A DNA stretch of 64,000 nt from contig JBDKUY010000017.1 of the NCBI GenBank assembly GCA_039679445.1, forward strand, positions 4,065 through 68,064, in the 5' to 3' direction. Of this stretch, positions 31,015-38,945 are shown piece after piece. The position numbers were made by a program, and so were the translations under genes. This DNA comes from Methanofastidiosum sp. (GTDB lineage: Archaea > Methanobacteriota_B > Thermococci > Methanofastidiosales > Methanofastidiosaceae). Numbering within the stretch: position 1 is the stretch's first letter; each line of letters opens with the position of its first letter. Below the pieces are notes generated by a model. It made no database searches. It saw only the letters and a list, made by a program, of their open reading frames with translations, and was not told the origin of the DNA.

Positions 31015-31287
31015 ATGAATATTTTTGAACATAAACGAGAAGGCGGAAAATTAATTGGCGTTTCTTTTAACTATAAAAACGACATTTTTTCAGATGTCAG
31101 AATATATGGGGACTTCTTTGTCTTCCCAGAAGAAGAAATAGATAATTTAGAAAAATCGATTAATCAAAAGAGCTTGCCTGAATTATTACAACTAGTTGAT
31201 GATTTTTTTTCTTCAGGTATTAAGGTATATGGGATAACTGCTCGAGACCTAAAGGAAGTATTTGAGAGGGCAATAAATGAAAAGTAA
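31015..31287 (+). CDS. stand-alone lipoate-protein ligase C-terminal domain protein (LplB-like)
   Basis: 90 aa. GKLIGVSFNYKNDIFSDVRIYGDFFVFPEEEIDNLEKSI matches the GDFF-containing core of the LplA/LplJ C-terminal accessory domain. Assignment is from memory of the family logo. Confidence 0.5.
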   Translation: MNIFEHKREGGKLIGVSFNYKNDIFSDVRIYGDFFVFPEEEIDNLEKSINQKSLPELLQLVDDFFSSGIKVYGITARDLKEVFERAINEK

Positions 31288-32095
31288 GAACATATGCTAT
31301 CTTTCTAAAGACTCATTCCCAAGTATTTCAATTACAGGAGAGGCATGCTACTTTTCATGCATGCATTGTAATCGTAAATATTTGAAGTTCATGATGCATG
31401 TTACTCAAGAAGATCTATATCAGAAAGCTATTGAACTAAATAATAAAGGGACAAAAGGTATCCTTGTTAGCGGAGGACTTGACGAAAGTGGAAAGCTTCC
31501 AATTGACTATTCAATCCTTAAGAAAATAAAAAAGGATACTGACCTTATAATTAATCTACATTCTGGATTTCTAACAAGAGATGACGCAAAAAAAATAAAG
31601 AAAAGCGGAATTGATGCGGTATCCATTGATTTTGTTGGAAGTAACGATACAATAGAAAGAATACTTAAGATACCTTTCAAGGTTTCTGATTATGAAAACA
31701 CTCTAAGATTCTTAATAGAAGAAGGTGTTAATGTTATCCCTCACATATGCGTTGGCCTTGACTATGGAAAGGTCTTGGGTGAATATAATGCAGTTGAGAT
31801 ATTGAAAGAATATCCAATAAAAAGTCTAACTTTATTAGTACTCATTAAGAATGAACTTGAGAAAATAAGCAGCTTTGATTATGACATTCAATCAATAAAA
31901 GATTTCTTTTTTTATACAAGAAATTCTTTCCCCGATGCCAAATTATCCTTGGGATGTATGCGCCCGAGAATCAAGGACCTGGATGAAACTGTCCTTCTCT
32001 TTGACAACATTGTAAATCCAACAAAAAACATGATTAAACTTATAAGAAATGAGTCCAATATAATTGTAAAAGAAATATGTTGTTCTGTATGTTAG
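31277..32095 (+). CDS. radical SAM enzyme, BioB/LipA/HydE-like subfamily
   Basis: CxxxCxxC at residues 24-31 (GEACYFSCMHCN), a GGE-like VSGGLDESG, and EEGVNVIPHICVGLDYGKVLGE resembling the BioB/LipA aGl..s.iMvGlGEt segment. It has a C-terminal CCSVC. Its start overlaps the LplB-like stop by 11 nt. Confidence 0.65.
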   Translation: MKSKNICYLSKDSFPSISITGEACYFSCMHCNRKYLKFMMHVTQEDLYQKAIELNNKGTKGILVSGGLDESGKLPIDYSILKKIKKDTDLIINLHSGFLTRDDAKKIKKSGIDAVSIDFVGSNDTIERILKIPFKVSDYENTLRFLIEEGVNVIPHICVGLDYGKVLGEYNAVEILKEYPIKSLTLLVLIKNELEKISSFDYDIQSIKDFFFYTRNSFPDAKLSLGCMRPRIKDLDETVLLFDNIVNPTKNMIKLIRNESNIIVKEICCSVC

Positions 32096-32102
32096 TGGTC
32101 CT

Positions 32103-32453
32103 ATGGAAGAATTACCAACGATAAAAAGTAGTACAGAAATAAAAAAAATTCTAAGATGTGCCTTTGATCTAACAGACCTTGAAGTGAGTATAACACTGAT
32201 GCTTCCACCTGAAGGAATGAGGGTTAAGGAAATTCAAAATATTCTAAAAAAAGATAGAACAACCATCCAAAAATCTTTGAAGATTTTAGTAGATAAAGAG
32301 CTAATTTTTAGAGAATCTAAATGCTGTGTTCAAGGAAAAAGAGGGCGGTACTTTGTGTATAAATCTTTAGAACGTGAAAAGATTAGAAAGAAAGTTCTGG
32401 CAAGTATTGATAAATGGTATGGAGATCTTCAGGAATCCGTTAAATCACTTTAA
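32103..32453 (+). CDS. winged-helix transcriptional regulator
   Basis: 116 aa. HTH GMRVKEIQNILKKDRTTIQKSLKILVDKELI followed by a wing. Confidence 0.5.
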   Translation: MEELPTIKSSTEIKKILRCAFDLTDLEVSITLMLPPEGMRVKEIQNILKKDRTTIQKSLKILVDKELIFRESKCCVQGKRGRYFVYKSLEREKIRKKVLASIDKWYGDLQESVKSL

Positions 32454-32516
32454 TTATTATATGAAAAAAATATCACACCAAAGATTTTTAAGTAATTATT
32501 CTCCTTTTAGAGTTAG

Positions 32517-32849
32517 GTGAATTATATGGGTAAGAATACAATTGAGCTAACAGATTCAAATTTTGATCAGGAAGTCTTAAAGAGTAGCAAACCTGTCGTT
32601 GTTGACTTTTGGGCAACATGGTGTGGTCCATGTCAAATGATTGCTCCCGTTATTGAAGAAGTTGCAGGAGAACATCCAGAGTGGAAGATTGGTAAATTGG
32701 ATGTTGACAAAAGTATGTCAGTAGCTCAGAGATATGGAATTAGGAGCATACCAACAATTGCCATATTCAGGGACGGGAAAGTATTCGACATGATAATCGG
32801 TTTCGTGCCTAAAGAAGAGCTCATAAAAAGAATAGAAAGAAATATTTAA
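32517..32849 (+). CDS. trxA: thioredoxin
   Basis: WCGPC active site and canonical Trx fold length (110 aa). Confidence 0.9.
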   Translation: MNYMGKNTIELTDSNFDQEVLKSSKPVVVDFWATWCGPCQMIAPVIEEVAGEHPEWKIGKLDVDKSMSVAQRYGIRSIPTIAIFRDGKVFDMIIGFVPKEELIKRIERNI

Positions 32850-32896
32850 TTTTATTTAATACTTTTCTATTATACTGCTTTTAAATAAGAAGTTTA
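32850..32896. terminator. T-rich convergent intergenic region (putative archaeal oligo-T termination for trxA and sepS)
   Basis: ttttatttaatacttttctattatactgcttttaaataag lies between convergent stops. Archaeal termination uses oligo-T tracts. No experimental support. Confidence 0.3.
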
Positions 32897-34339
32897 TTAG
32901 AGTACTTTCCACTTTACAGTTGTAAACACTGGACCTCTAATGTCTATCTTGCCTTTACCCCTTAGATACTGGTGAATGTATGTCGGAAGAGATATATTGA
33001 TATCAGAAATACTTCTGACTATAGGGATTCTTTCTTCGTACTCTCCTTGCTCTTTAGTCACCTCTATTTTTGAAACAACTTTCCTAAAGAAAGCTTCAAG
33101 ATATGAAATTTTGGTATCGACACCATTCTTTATTATATTTAAAGAGTTTTCATCTTTAGAGTCTGGAAGTATTCCGACCGTGGCCTTTTCTAAGACATAA
33201 ATCTGATTGAATCCTGCAGGCCCAATTAATTTAGTATTTTCCTCAGGCTCAACAATCATTACCTCTATTTTTCTTCCTAAGAAATCCCCCTTGTAGGAAA
33301 TGAATTCACATGGCGATTGTGCATCTTTGTTTTGTTGTGCAGTTTCAATTAAAGCCTTCAATAACTTTTCCCCTTCTGATGTTTTAATATCCTGAACAAA
33401 CTCGATAGATTTTGCAATATCTTGATCGGAAAAGTCAACTTTGTAGAACTGTGGATATATAAGTTCACGAATATCATTTACTCCGCTTCGGATCATAGAT
33501 ATTCTTTCCGCACCCTGTCCAATATTCAAAACATCATAGGGGATTTTGTATTTCTTCAAAACATCCTTGGAGTATAATCCAAAGTCAGCGATCTCTATCC
33601 AGTCACCTAATTTGATAAATGCTTCATGTTCAGTTCCAGCTTCGTAATAACTCGCACTTCTCTTCTTGACCTTGAATTTAACTTCGTCAAAGCCGAGTTT
33701 TTCTGTAAAATTTGTGACTATTTCTTTTCCTAATTCAGGAGAAATTTCTTTATCCATGACGACACATGATGCAGAGAAATGACTTCTAAGGTGAGTCTGA
33801 TCTTCTCGCTGCTCACGCCTAAAACATCTATCGATTGAAAATAACTTTAATGGCAGTTCACTTCTACCGGCAAGAGCTTGTAAAGTAATAAACCATCCGG
33901 AAGTCATATGAGATCTTAAAGTGAGATTTGTAGGAACTGGAATTAACTCTTTAAATTCCTTGAAAAGGTCTAATACTTTTTCAGCCGCTTCAAATTCAAT
34001 CCCTAGTCCTTTAGATATCGCCTCAACAAAATCGTCACCTTCTATTGTTCCCCGCTTATAATCTTGCAGAGTTCTTTCAAGGTTCCTACTCCTTCTTTCA
34101 TCGAGTTCTACAAACTGGGATATCTTGTCCTTGACTTCTTTTGAAAGACCTACATTTGGTCTTGGAAGCCCTGCAAGATAGTATACTCGGTCCAAGATAG
34201 CAGGGGTCTCAGAACCCCACTGCTTATACATATCATCGTCAGTTATGAAAAGAGGATTGAACACCTCATCGAAATCAAGATCAAGGTAAATATTCTTGAG
34301 AATAGATATTGTATCTTCTAAAATATGCGGCTTACCCAT
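32897..34339 (-). CDS. sepS: O-phosphoseryl-tRNA(Cys) synthetase (SepRS)
   Basis: Class II core TLTLRSHMTSGWFITL...LPLKLFSIDRCFRREQREDQTHL...FSASCVV and C-terminal DIRGPVFTTVKWKV are near-identical in pattern to methanogen SepRS. N-terminal DRVYYLAGLPRPNVGLS also matches. Confidence 0.85.
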   Translation of the reverse strand: MGKPHILEDTISILKNIYLDLDFDEVFNPLFITDDDMYKQWGSETPAILDRVYYLAGLPRPNVGLSKEVKDKISQFVELDERRSRNLERTLQDYKRGTIEGDDFVEAISKGLGIEFEAAEKVLDLFKEFKELIPVPTNLTLRSHMTSGWFITLQALAGRSELPLKLFSIDRCFRREQREDQTHLRSHFSASCVVMDKEISPELGKEIVTNFTEKLGFDEVKFKVKKRSASYYEAGTEHEAFIKLGDWIEIADFGLYSKDVLKKYKIPYDVLNIGQGAERISMIRSGVNDIRELIYPQFYKVDFSDQDIAKSIEFVQDIKTSEGEKLLKALIETAQQNKDAQSPCEFISYKGDFLGRKIEVMIVEPEENTKLIGPAGFNQIYVLEKATVGILPDSKDENSLNIIKNGVDTKISYLEAFFRKVVSKIEVTKEQGEYEERIPIVRSISDINISLPTYIHQYLRGKGKIDIRGPVFTTVKWKVL

Positions 34340-34751
34340 AAACTATCCCCTCTCCAGGATCAACTTCTCGCTTTGGCGAAACAGAAGGCATTGAAACAGG
34401 AGATGGAACATTTATATCACTAGAAACGCCTACCGCCTCAACAAAGCATCTGTAGAGTATTGCATTGTGGATAAAAAGAAATCTACCAGTGTCTAGTCTC
34501 TTCTTTTCTTTCCACTCGTTTAGTATTTCTTCTTTTTCAGGTCCATCGTAAATAAAAACGCCCTCAATTTTAATGGAACATACATTAGGGGAGTAATTGC
34601 AACAGAAAACAAATTCTATAAAAATATTGTTATTGTTACTACTATAAGCATCAGTTAAGGTCAAGTTGCTTGAAATGCCAACAGATGGCGACCCTTCGTC
34701 GACTCTGATAAATCTTTTGGCTTCAATGCCAGTTAAAATTACGCCCCCCAT
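34332..34751 (-). CDS. hypothetical protein (139 aa), translationally coupled upstream of sepS
   Basis: Its stop overlaps the sepS start by 8 nt. Asn/Ser-rich with an FVFCCNYSPNVC segment. No family recognised. Confidence 0.3.
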   Translation of the reverse strand: MGGVILTGIEAKRFIRVDEGSPSVGISSNLTLTDAYSSNNNNIFIEFVFCCNYSPNVCSIKIEGVFIYDGPEKEEILNEWKEKKRLDTGRFLFIHNAILYRCFVEAVGVSSDINVPSPVSMPSVSPKREVDPGEGIVYG

Positions 34752-34800
34752 AACACCAGCCCAATGTATGAAATATTATATATAAGATTAACTTATTGGC

Positions 34801-35736
34801 TCAATCTCTAGATAATAAGACAACTCTTGATTCCGGTGCAGAATCAATTGCCTTATAGCCTGATTTTTCTTCCAGTTCTTTAGAGAATTCTAATATATCA
34901 TCAAACATTGGCATGTTTTCTACTTCAAGCCTCTTCCTTGAATAGCCAACAAACATGTAAGCTTTAGCCTCGATAAAATCAGGATTTGCCTTTTCTATAA
35001 GTTTTGAGTATTCATCGATATCTGCCATGTTAAAATCCTTAACAAGAGTGAGCCTTAGGATCCTTCTTTTTGTTTTAATCTTTGGCAGAAGCTCTAAAGA
35101 CTCGTTTAGTTTTCCCCACCCGTTCTTAATCTGTGGGTTACAAACCCTTTCATAAGTTTCTTTTGTGGGCGCCGGCAATGTGATGTAAAGATTATCGGGA
35201 TAAGTATCCATTGAAGCAAGTACGTTGGGTGTTGTCCCGTTTGTCACGAGAAATGTTGAGAAATTTCTTTTTTTAAATCCATCAATTAATCCTGATAAAT
35301 CAGGATAAAGGGTAGGCTCACCGGCAAGAGAAATTGCAACGTTTGTTGGATCTTCTGCTTCTTTCAGTTTATTTATATCGACAGTTTCAAGAAATCCGTG
35401 GTAACCTGAGAGGAGCTCTCTTTGTGCCTCTATGCATCCTTCGATTATAGTCTCAGGGTCGTCATATTTAGAAGGGTTATCTTCGTTATATTCAACTGGG
35501 CGCCAACAGAATAAACACTTGTGTGTGCACCATGCGACAGAAGGAGTCATCTGTAGACACCTATGGCTTTCAATTCCGTAGAATCTTTGTTTATAGCAAA
35601 CTCTGCCTTCAGTCAAACTTTTTTTTGACCAGTGACAGATTTTTACTGCGCTATGTTCCCCAACAATCCTGTATTTCTGTCTCTTCAGTATACTCCAAAC
35701 TTTCTCCATCGCCATGACCCCCAAGGTCTTGAACAA
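34801..35736 (-). CDS. taw1: tRNA 4-demethylwyosine synthase Taw1 (TYW1, radical SAM)
   Basis: HSAVKICHW...CYKQRFYGIESHRCLQMTP...CTHKCLFCWRP are the TYW1 N-terminal cluster and CxxxCxxC motifs. About 310 aa, archaeal size. Start is uncertain between Met1, Met8 and Met10. Confidence 0.75.
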   Translation of the reverse strand: MFKTLGVMAMEKVWSILKRQKYRIVGEHSAVKICHWSKKSLTEGRVCYKQRFYGIESHRCLQMTPSVAWCTHKCLFCWRPVEYNEDNPSKYDDPETIIEGCIEAQRELLSGYHGFLETVDINKLKEAEDPTNVAISLAGEPTLYPDLSGLIDGFKKRNFSTFLVTNGTTPNVLASMDTYPDNLYITLPAPTKETYERVCNPQIKNGWGKLNESLELLPKIKTKRRILRLTLVKDFNMADIDEYSKLIEKANPDFIEAKAYMFVGYSRKRLEVENMPMFDDILEFSKELEEKSGYKAIDSAPESRVVLLSRD

Positions 35737-36715
35737 AAAGCTCTACACATTTCTTTAATCCTTCTTCCATGTTAGATTTACCGTTGGCACCGGCAGCACC
35801 TTTGTGGCCACCACCTTCGCCGCCAATTACTGGAGCTACTTTAGACATTATCTTCGCAAGATTAATTCCTTTATCAATGACTGATTTTTTAGCCCGGCCA
35901 CTTATCCTGACCTCACTTCCATTATCCGCACCGACAAATGCAACATCTGCCCCAGTTGAGAGGATAGATTTTGCCGCAAGAGCCTCGCAGCTTGAAACAT
36001 TAGAAGTTGCAACGATGAAATCAGAAACACTATAAAGTTTCATTCTTTGGTGTGCCTTTAAGATAGCTATCTTCTTTGATATATCATCTTCAACCTTTAA
36101 TAGTTCATCAACATCAGATATGTGATATCCTCTTTTGAAAATATGAATTAAAGTTTTCAAAGTGTTTACATCAGAAAATCTCATGTGACCTGTATCAGTG
36201 ACTATGCCAGTAAGTATGGCACGAATAATCTTATCGCAGTTTGTATTTTCTTTATTTAGTAATCCTTCGTCTTTCATTTTGAGCATAATATCAAATATGA
36301 TTTCAGCTGTCGAAGTCCTTTCCTTGTTAATAAAATATGTGTACTTTGTTCCCCTGAATTTGTTTGTTTCAAATGTTTCGTGGTGGTCAATTGATATTAC
36401 TACTTCGGCTTTCTCAATCATGCTCTCAAAAATTCCAAGCTGTACAGGAGTAGATGTGTCAAGGATTATTAAGTTTTTATGGTCGGTCGGAGCAGTTACA
36501 ATAAAATCTCCAAGACTAGAAATTAAGTTCTTTGACAAATTATTTAATGTTTCAGTTCCAATCATTACATTTTTGCCCTGGGATTTTAGCAATTCCTTTA
36601 AAGCAATTGCACTGCCTATGGCATCAGGGTCTGCGTTTTGATGAAGAAGTATTATATATTGATCTTGTCGCAATAAAATTTCCATTAATCTAGTATACTC
36701 TACATTACTTAACAT
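35651..36715 (-). CDS. DHH-family phosphoesterase (NrnA-like, DHH-DHHA1)
   Basis: LLHQNADPDAIGSAIAL, IDHHE, and DHHA1 GGGHKGAAGA. The C-terminal about 30 aa overlaps the taw1 start. Confidence 0.75.
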   Translation of the reverse strand: MLSNVEYTRLMEILLRQDQYIILLHQNADPDAIGSAIALKELLKSQGKNVMIGTETLNNLSKNLISSLGDFIVTAPTDHKNLIILDTSTPVQLGIFESMIEKAEVVISIDHHETFETNKFRGTKYTYFINKERTSTAEIIFDIMLKMKDEGLLNKENTNCDKIIRAILTGIVTDTGHMRFSDVNTLKTLIHIFKRGYHISDVDELLKVEDDISKKIAILKAHQRMKLYSVSDFIVATSNVSSCEALAAKSILSTGADVAFVGADNGSEVRISGRAKKSVIDKGINLAKIMSKVAPVIGGEGGGHKGAAGANGKSNMEEGLKKCVELFVQDLGGHGDGESLEYTEETEIQDCWGT

Positions 36716-36746
36716 TTATTCATTCTCAACAAAATTTATCAAAGCT

Positions 36747-37109
36747 TTAGCCTGATGTAGGTTGTCCACCTAAAGCCTTCTGAAGATTTTTCTGCATCTC
36801 TTCAAGCTTCTTTTTCACTCTATCTTCTTGTTTCTCGATAGTAGTAATCCGGATACCGATGGACTCCTTTTTTTTGTTAAGATCATCCAACATATCTGCT
36901 TTTTCAGATTTAACTAGAATGCTACCAATGCTCTTGTAAACAACTGGATTTTCAGTTTTTGATAGTTCAGCCAATGCTGCCTCTGTCTCGTTAATTTCCA
37001 ATTTCAAGGATTGTAATTGGTTTACTATTATCTGATACTGACTCTGCAACTGTTGAAATTGCATTAGTTCCTGCTGTATATTTTCCGGAATATTCTGCAA
37101 AAATACCAC
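36747..37109 (-). CDS. pfdB: prefoldin beta subunit
   Basis: 120 aa coiled-coil/beta-hairpin/coiled-coil protein. QQELMQFQQLQSQYQII...VYKSIGSILVK. Confidence 0.8.
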   Translation of the reverse strand: MVFLQNIPENIQQELMQFQQLQSQYQIIVNQLQSLKLEINETEAALAELSKTENPVVYKSIGSILVKSEKADMLDDLNKKKESIGIRITTIEKQEDRVKKKLEEMQKNLQKALGGQPTSG

Positions 37110-37164
37110 CTCAATATTATCTATACTTGAATCTAAAAAACAACAATTATAAACCTTTGGGTAG

Positions 37165-37200
37165 CATAAGTTTAAATAATCTCAAGAGAAGTGAGGATTT
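37165..37200 (+). promoter_or_regulatory. putative archaeal TATA box/promoter for the NMNAT gene
   Basis: TTTAAATA at 37171..37178, about 25 nt upstream of the ATG at 37201. This would imply a leaderless or very short-leader mRNA. A GTGAGG SD-like element at 37191 conflicts with that, so this is unresolved. Confidence 0.3.
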
Positions 37201-37752
37201 ATGAGGGCACTATACATAGGTAGATTCCAGCCGTTTCATCTTGGACATCTTCATGTTGTGGAGTACATACTCGAGTCATCTAAAGAAGTAATCATAGCTA
37301 TAGGAAGTTCACAAGTTTCACACACAATACAAAATCCTTTTACTGCAGGTGAAAGATTTCTAATGATTAAAAAGACATTGGAAACTGAAGGTGTTGACCT
37401 TAGACGCATTCATATTCTACCTGTACCAGACATATATAGAAATGCATTGTGGGTGAAGCATGTCGAAACAATCACGCCCCCTTTTGATGTAGTCTATGCT
37501 AACGAACCTGTAACAGTCAGACTATTCAAAGAATCGTCCTATGATGTGAGAGGGCCTGAATTCTATAAAAGGACTGTATACTCTGGGGAAGAGATAAGAA
37601 ACAGGATCCTAAATAAAGGAGACTGGGAGAGCCTAGTGCCTAAGGCCACCGCCGAAGTGATAAAGGATATTGATGGTGTGGCAAGACTTTTTGAAATAAT
37701 AAAGTCTGACAAAAAGGAAACTTCGTATCAAGAGATGTCAAACTCAGTCTAA
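37201..37752 (+). CDS. nadM: nicotinamide-nucleotide adenylyltransferase (archaeal NadM type)
   Basis: MRALYIGRFQPFHLGHLHVV with the (H/T)xGH nucleotidyltransferase motif. About 180 aa. Confidence 0.85.
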   Translation: MRALYIGRFQPFHLGHLHVVEYILESSKEVIIAIGSSQVSHTIQNPFTAGERFLMIKKTLETEGVDLRRIHILPVPDIYRNALWVKHVETITPPFDVVYANEPVTVRLFKESSYDVRGPEFYKRTVYSGEEIRNRILNKGDWESLVPKATAEVIKDIDGVARLFEIIKSDKKETSYQEMSNSV

Positions 37753-37799
37753 TCGATAAAGTTAAATATTGTTTTCTAATAAATCATAAGGTTTAGATT

Positions 37800-38321
37800 A
37801 TGGAACATAAAAGTATATTTACAGCTAGAGAGATATCTGAAATGGCTATTACCATAGCACTCTCCACAGTTCTCAGTTTCATCAAAGTTTTTCAATTACC
37901 CCAAGGTGGATCGATTACAGCAGGAAGCATGATCCCAATAATATTTTTAGCGCTCAGAAACAGGCCAAAAGTTGCACTTACGGGGGCTATCCTTTATGGT
38001 GTTGTTCAATTTATGATTGAGCCTTTCTTTGTTCATCCAGCACAATTCCTTTTGGATTACCCTCTTGCATTTGGAGTTCTTGGTATTGCCACATTCATAA
38101 AGAGATACCCATTCATTGGGGCAAGCGTTGGAGTCGCTTTAAGATTTGTTTGCCACTTCCTTTCAGGATTCATATTCTTTGGTATGTATGCACCTGAAGG
38201 TATCAATCCAGCTTACTACTCTGCAATCTATAATGGCTCTTATTTACTACCTGAGCTTTTCGTAACAGCGATATTTATTTATATACTGTCTAAAAAGAAG
38301 TTAATAGATGCCTTCAAATAA
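37800..38321 (+). CDS. thiT: thiamine transporter ThiT-like (ECF S-component-like) membrane protein
   Basis: 173 aa, 6 TM, with GGSITAGSMIPI and similar length and pattern to ThiT/YuaJ. Its position immediately upstream of thiamine pyrophosphokinase supports this. Confidence 0.55.
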   Translation: MEHKSIFTAREISEMAITIALSTVLSFIKVFQLPQGGSITAGSMIPIIFLALRNRPKVALTGAILYGVVQFMIEPFFVHPAQFLLDYPLAFGVLGIATFIKRYPFIGASVGVALRFVCHFLSGFIFFGMYAPEGINPAYYSAIYNGSYLLPELFVTAIFIYILSKKKLIDAFK

Positions 38322-38937
38322 GAAAACACTGATAATACTAAGTGAGTCTGAGCCCTGTCTTCTAGATGATAATTTTGATCTTGTATTAGCCGCAGATGGG
38401 GGGTATAGGACCGCTAAGAAAATGAATCTAGATATCGATGTTCTTCTTGGAGATTTTGATTCGATAACATCTGAAGAGCTTAAAGAAGCAGAATCAAACG
38501 GGATTAAGACTATATCATTCCCAACTGATAAAGACAAGACTGACGGAGAACTTGCAGTTGACTATGCTATTTCTGAAAGGTCAAAAGAGCTTGTAATACT
38601 TGGTAGCTTCAAGGAAGAGCTTGACCATGCATTAGGCAATCTATTTTTACTTTTCAAGATAGATAAAGTCGGGATTAAGTCAAGGCTCCTTACCCAAAAA
38701 TATGAGATTGAAATAATAACTAATGAGAAGGAATACCCTCTTAGGATAGGTCATGAAGTATCTCTTATACCAGTTTCTGAAATAGTTCAAGATCTTAATA
38801 TAGAAGGCTTCAAATATAATCTCAAAAATGTAAATGTTGGAATGGGCCAAACTCTAACATTAAGGAATGTAATAATTGACAATAAGGCAAAAGTATATTT
38901 TAAGAAAGGTAAAGTTTTATCTATCCTAAAAAGATAA
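38308..38937 (+). CDS. thiN: thiamine pyrophosphokinase
   Basis: LAADGGY, GDFDSI and PTDKDKTDGELA catalytic motifs, with a C-terminal thiamine-binding domain. Overlaps the thiT end by 14 nt. Confidence 0.8.
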   Translation: MPSNKKTLIILSESEPCLLDDNFDLVLAADGGYRTAKKMNLDIDVLLGDFDSITSEELKEAESNGIKTISFPTDKDKTDGELAVDYAISERSKELVILGSFKEELDHALGNLFLLFKIDKVGIKSRLLTQKYEIEIITNEKEYPLRIGHEVSLIPVSEIVQDLNIEGFKYNLKNVNVGMGQTLTLRNVIIDNKAKVYFKKGKVLSILKR

Positions 38938-38945
38938 TATAATAA

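Noticed and set aside
34340-34800. SepCysS expected next to SepRS
   Set aside because: The only ORF there (139 aa) lacks the PLP-fold aminotransferase-like sequence of SepCysS. SepCysS must be elsewhere in the genome.
37753-37799. Possible TPP riboswitch upstream of the ThiT-like gene
   Set aside because: Only 47 nt are available. There is no CUGAGA/ACCUGA core and no P1-P5 architecture can be drawn.
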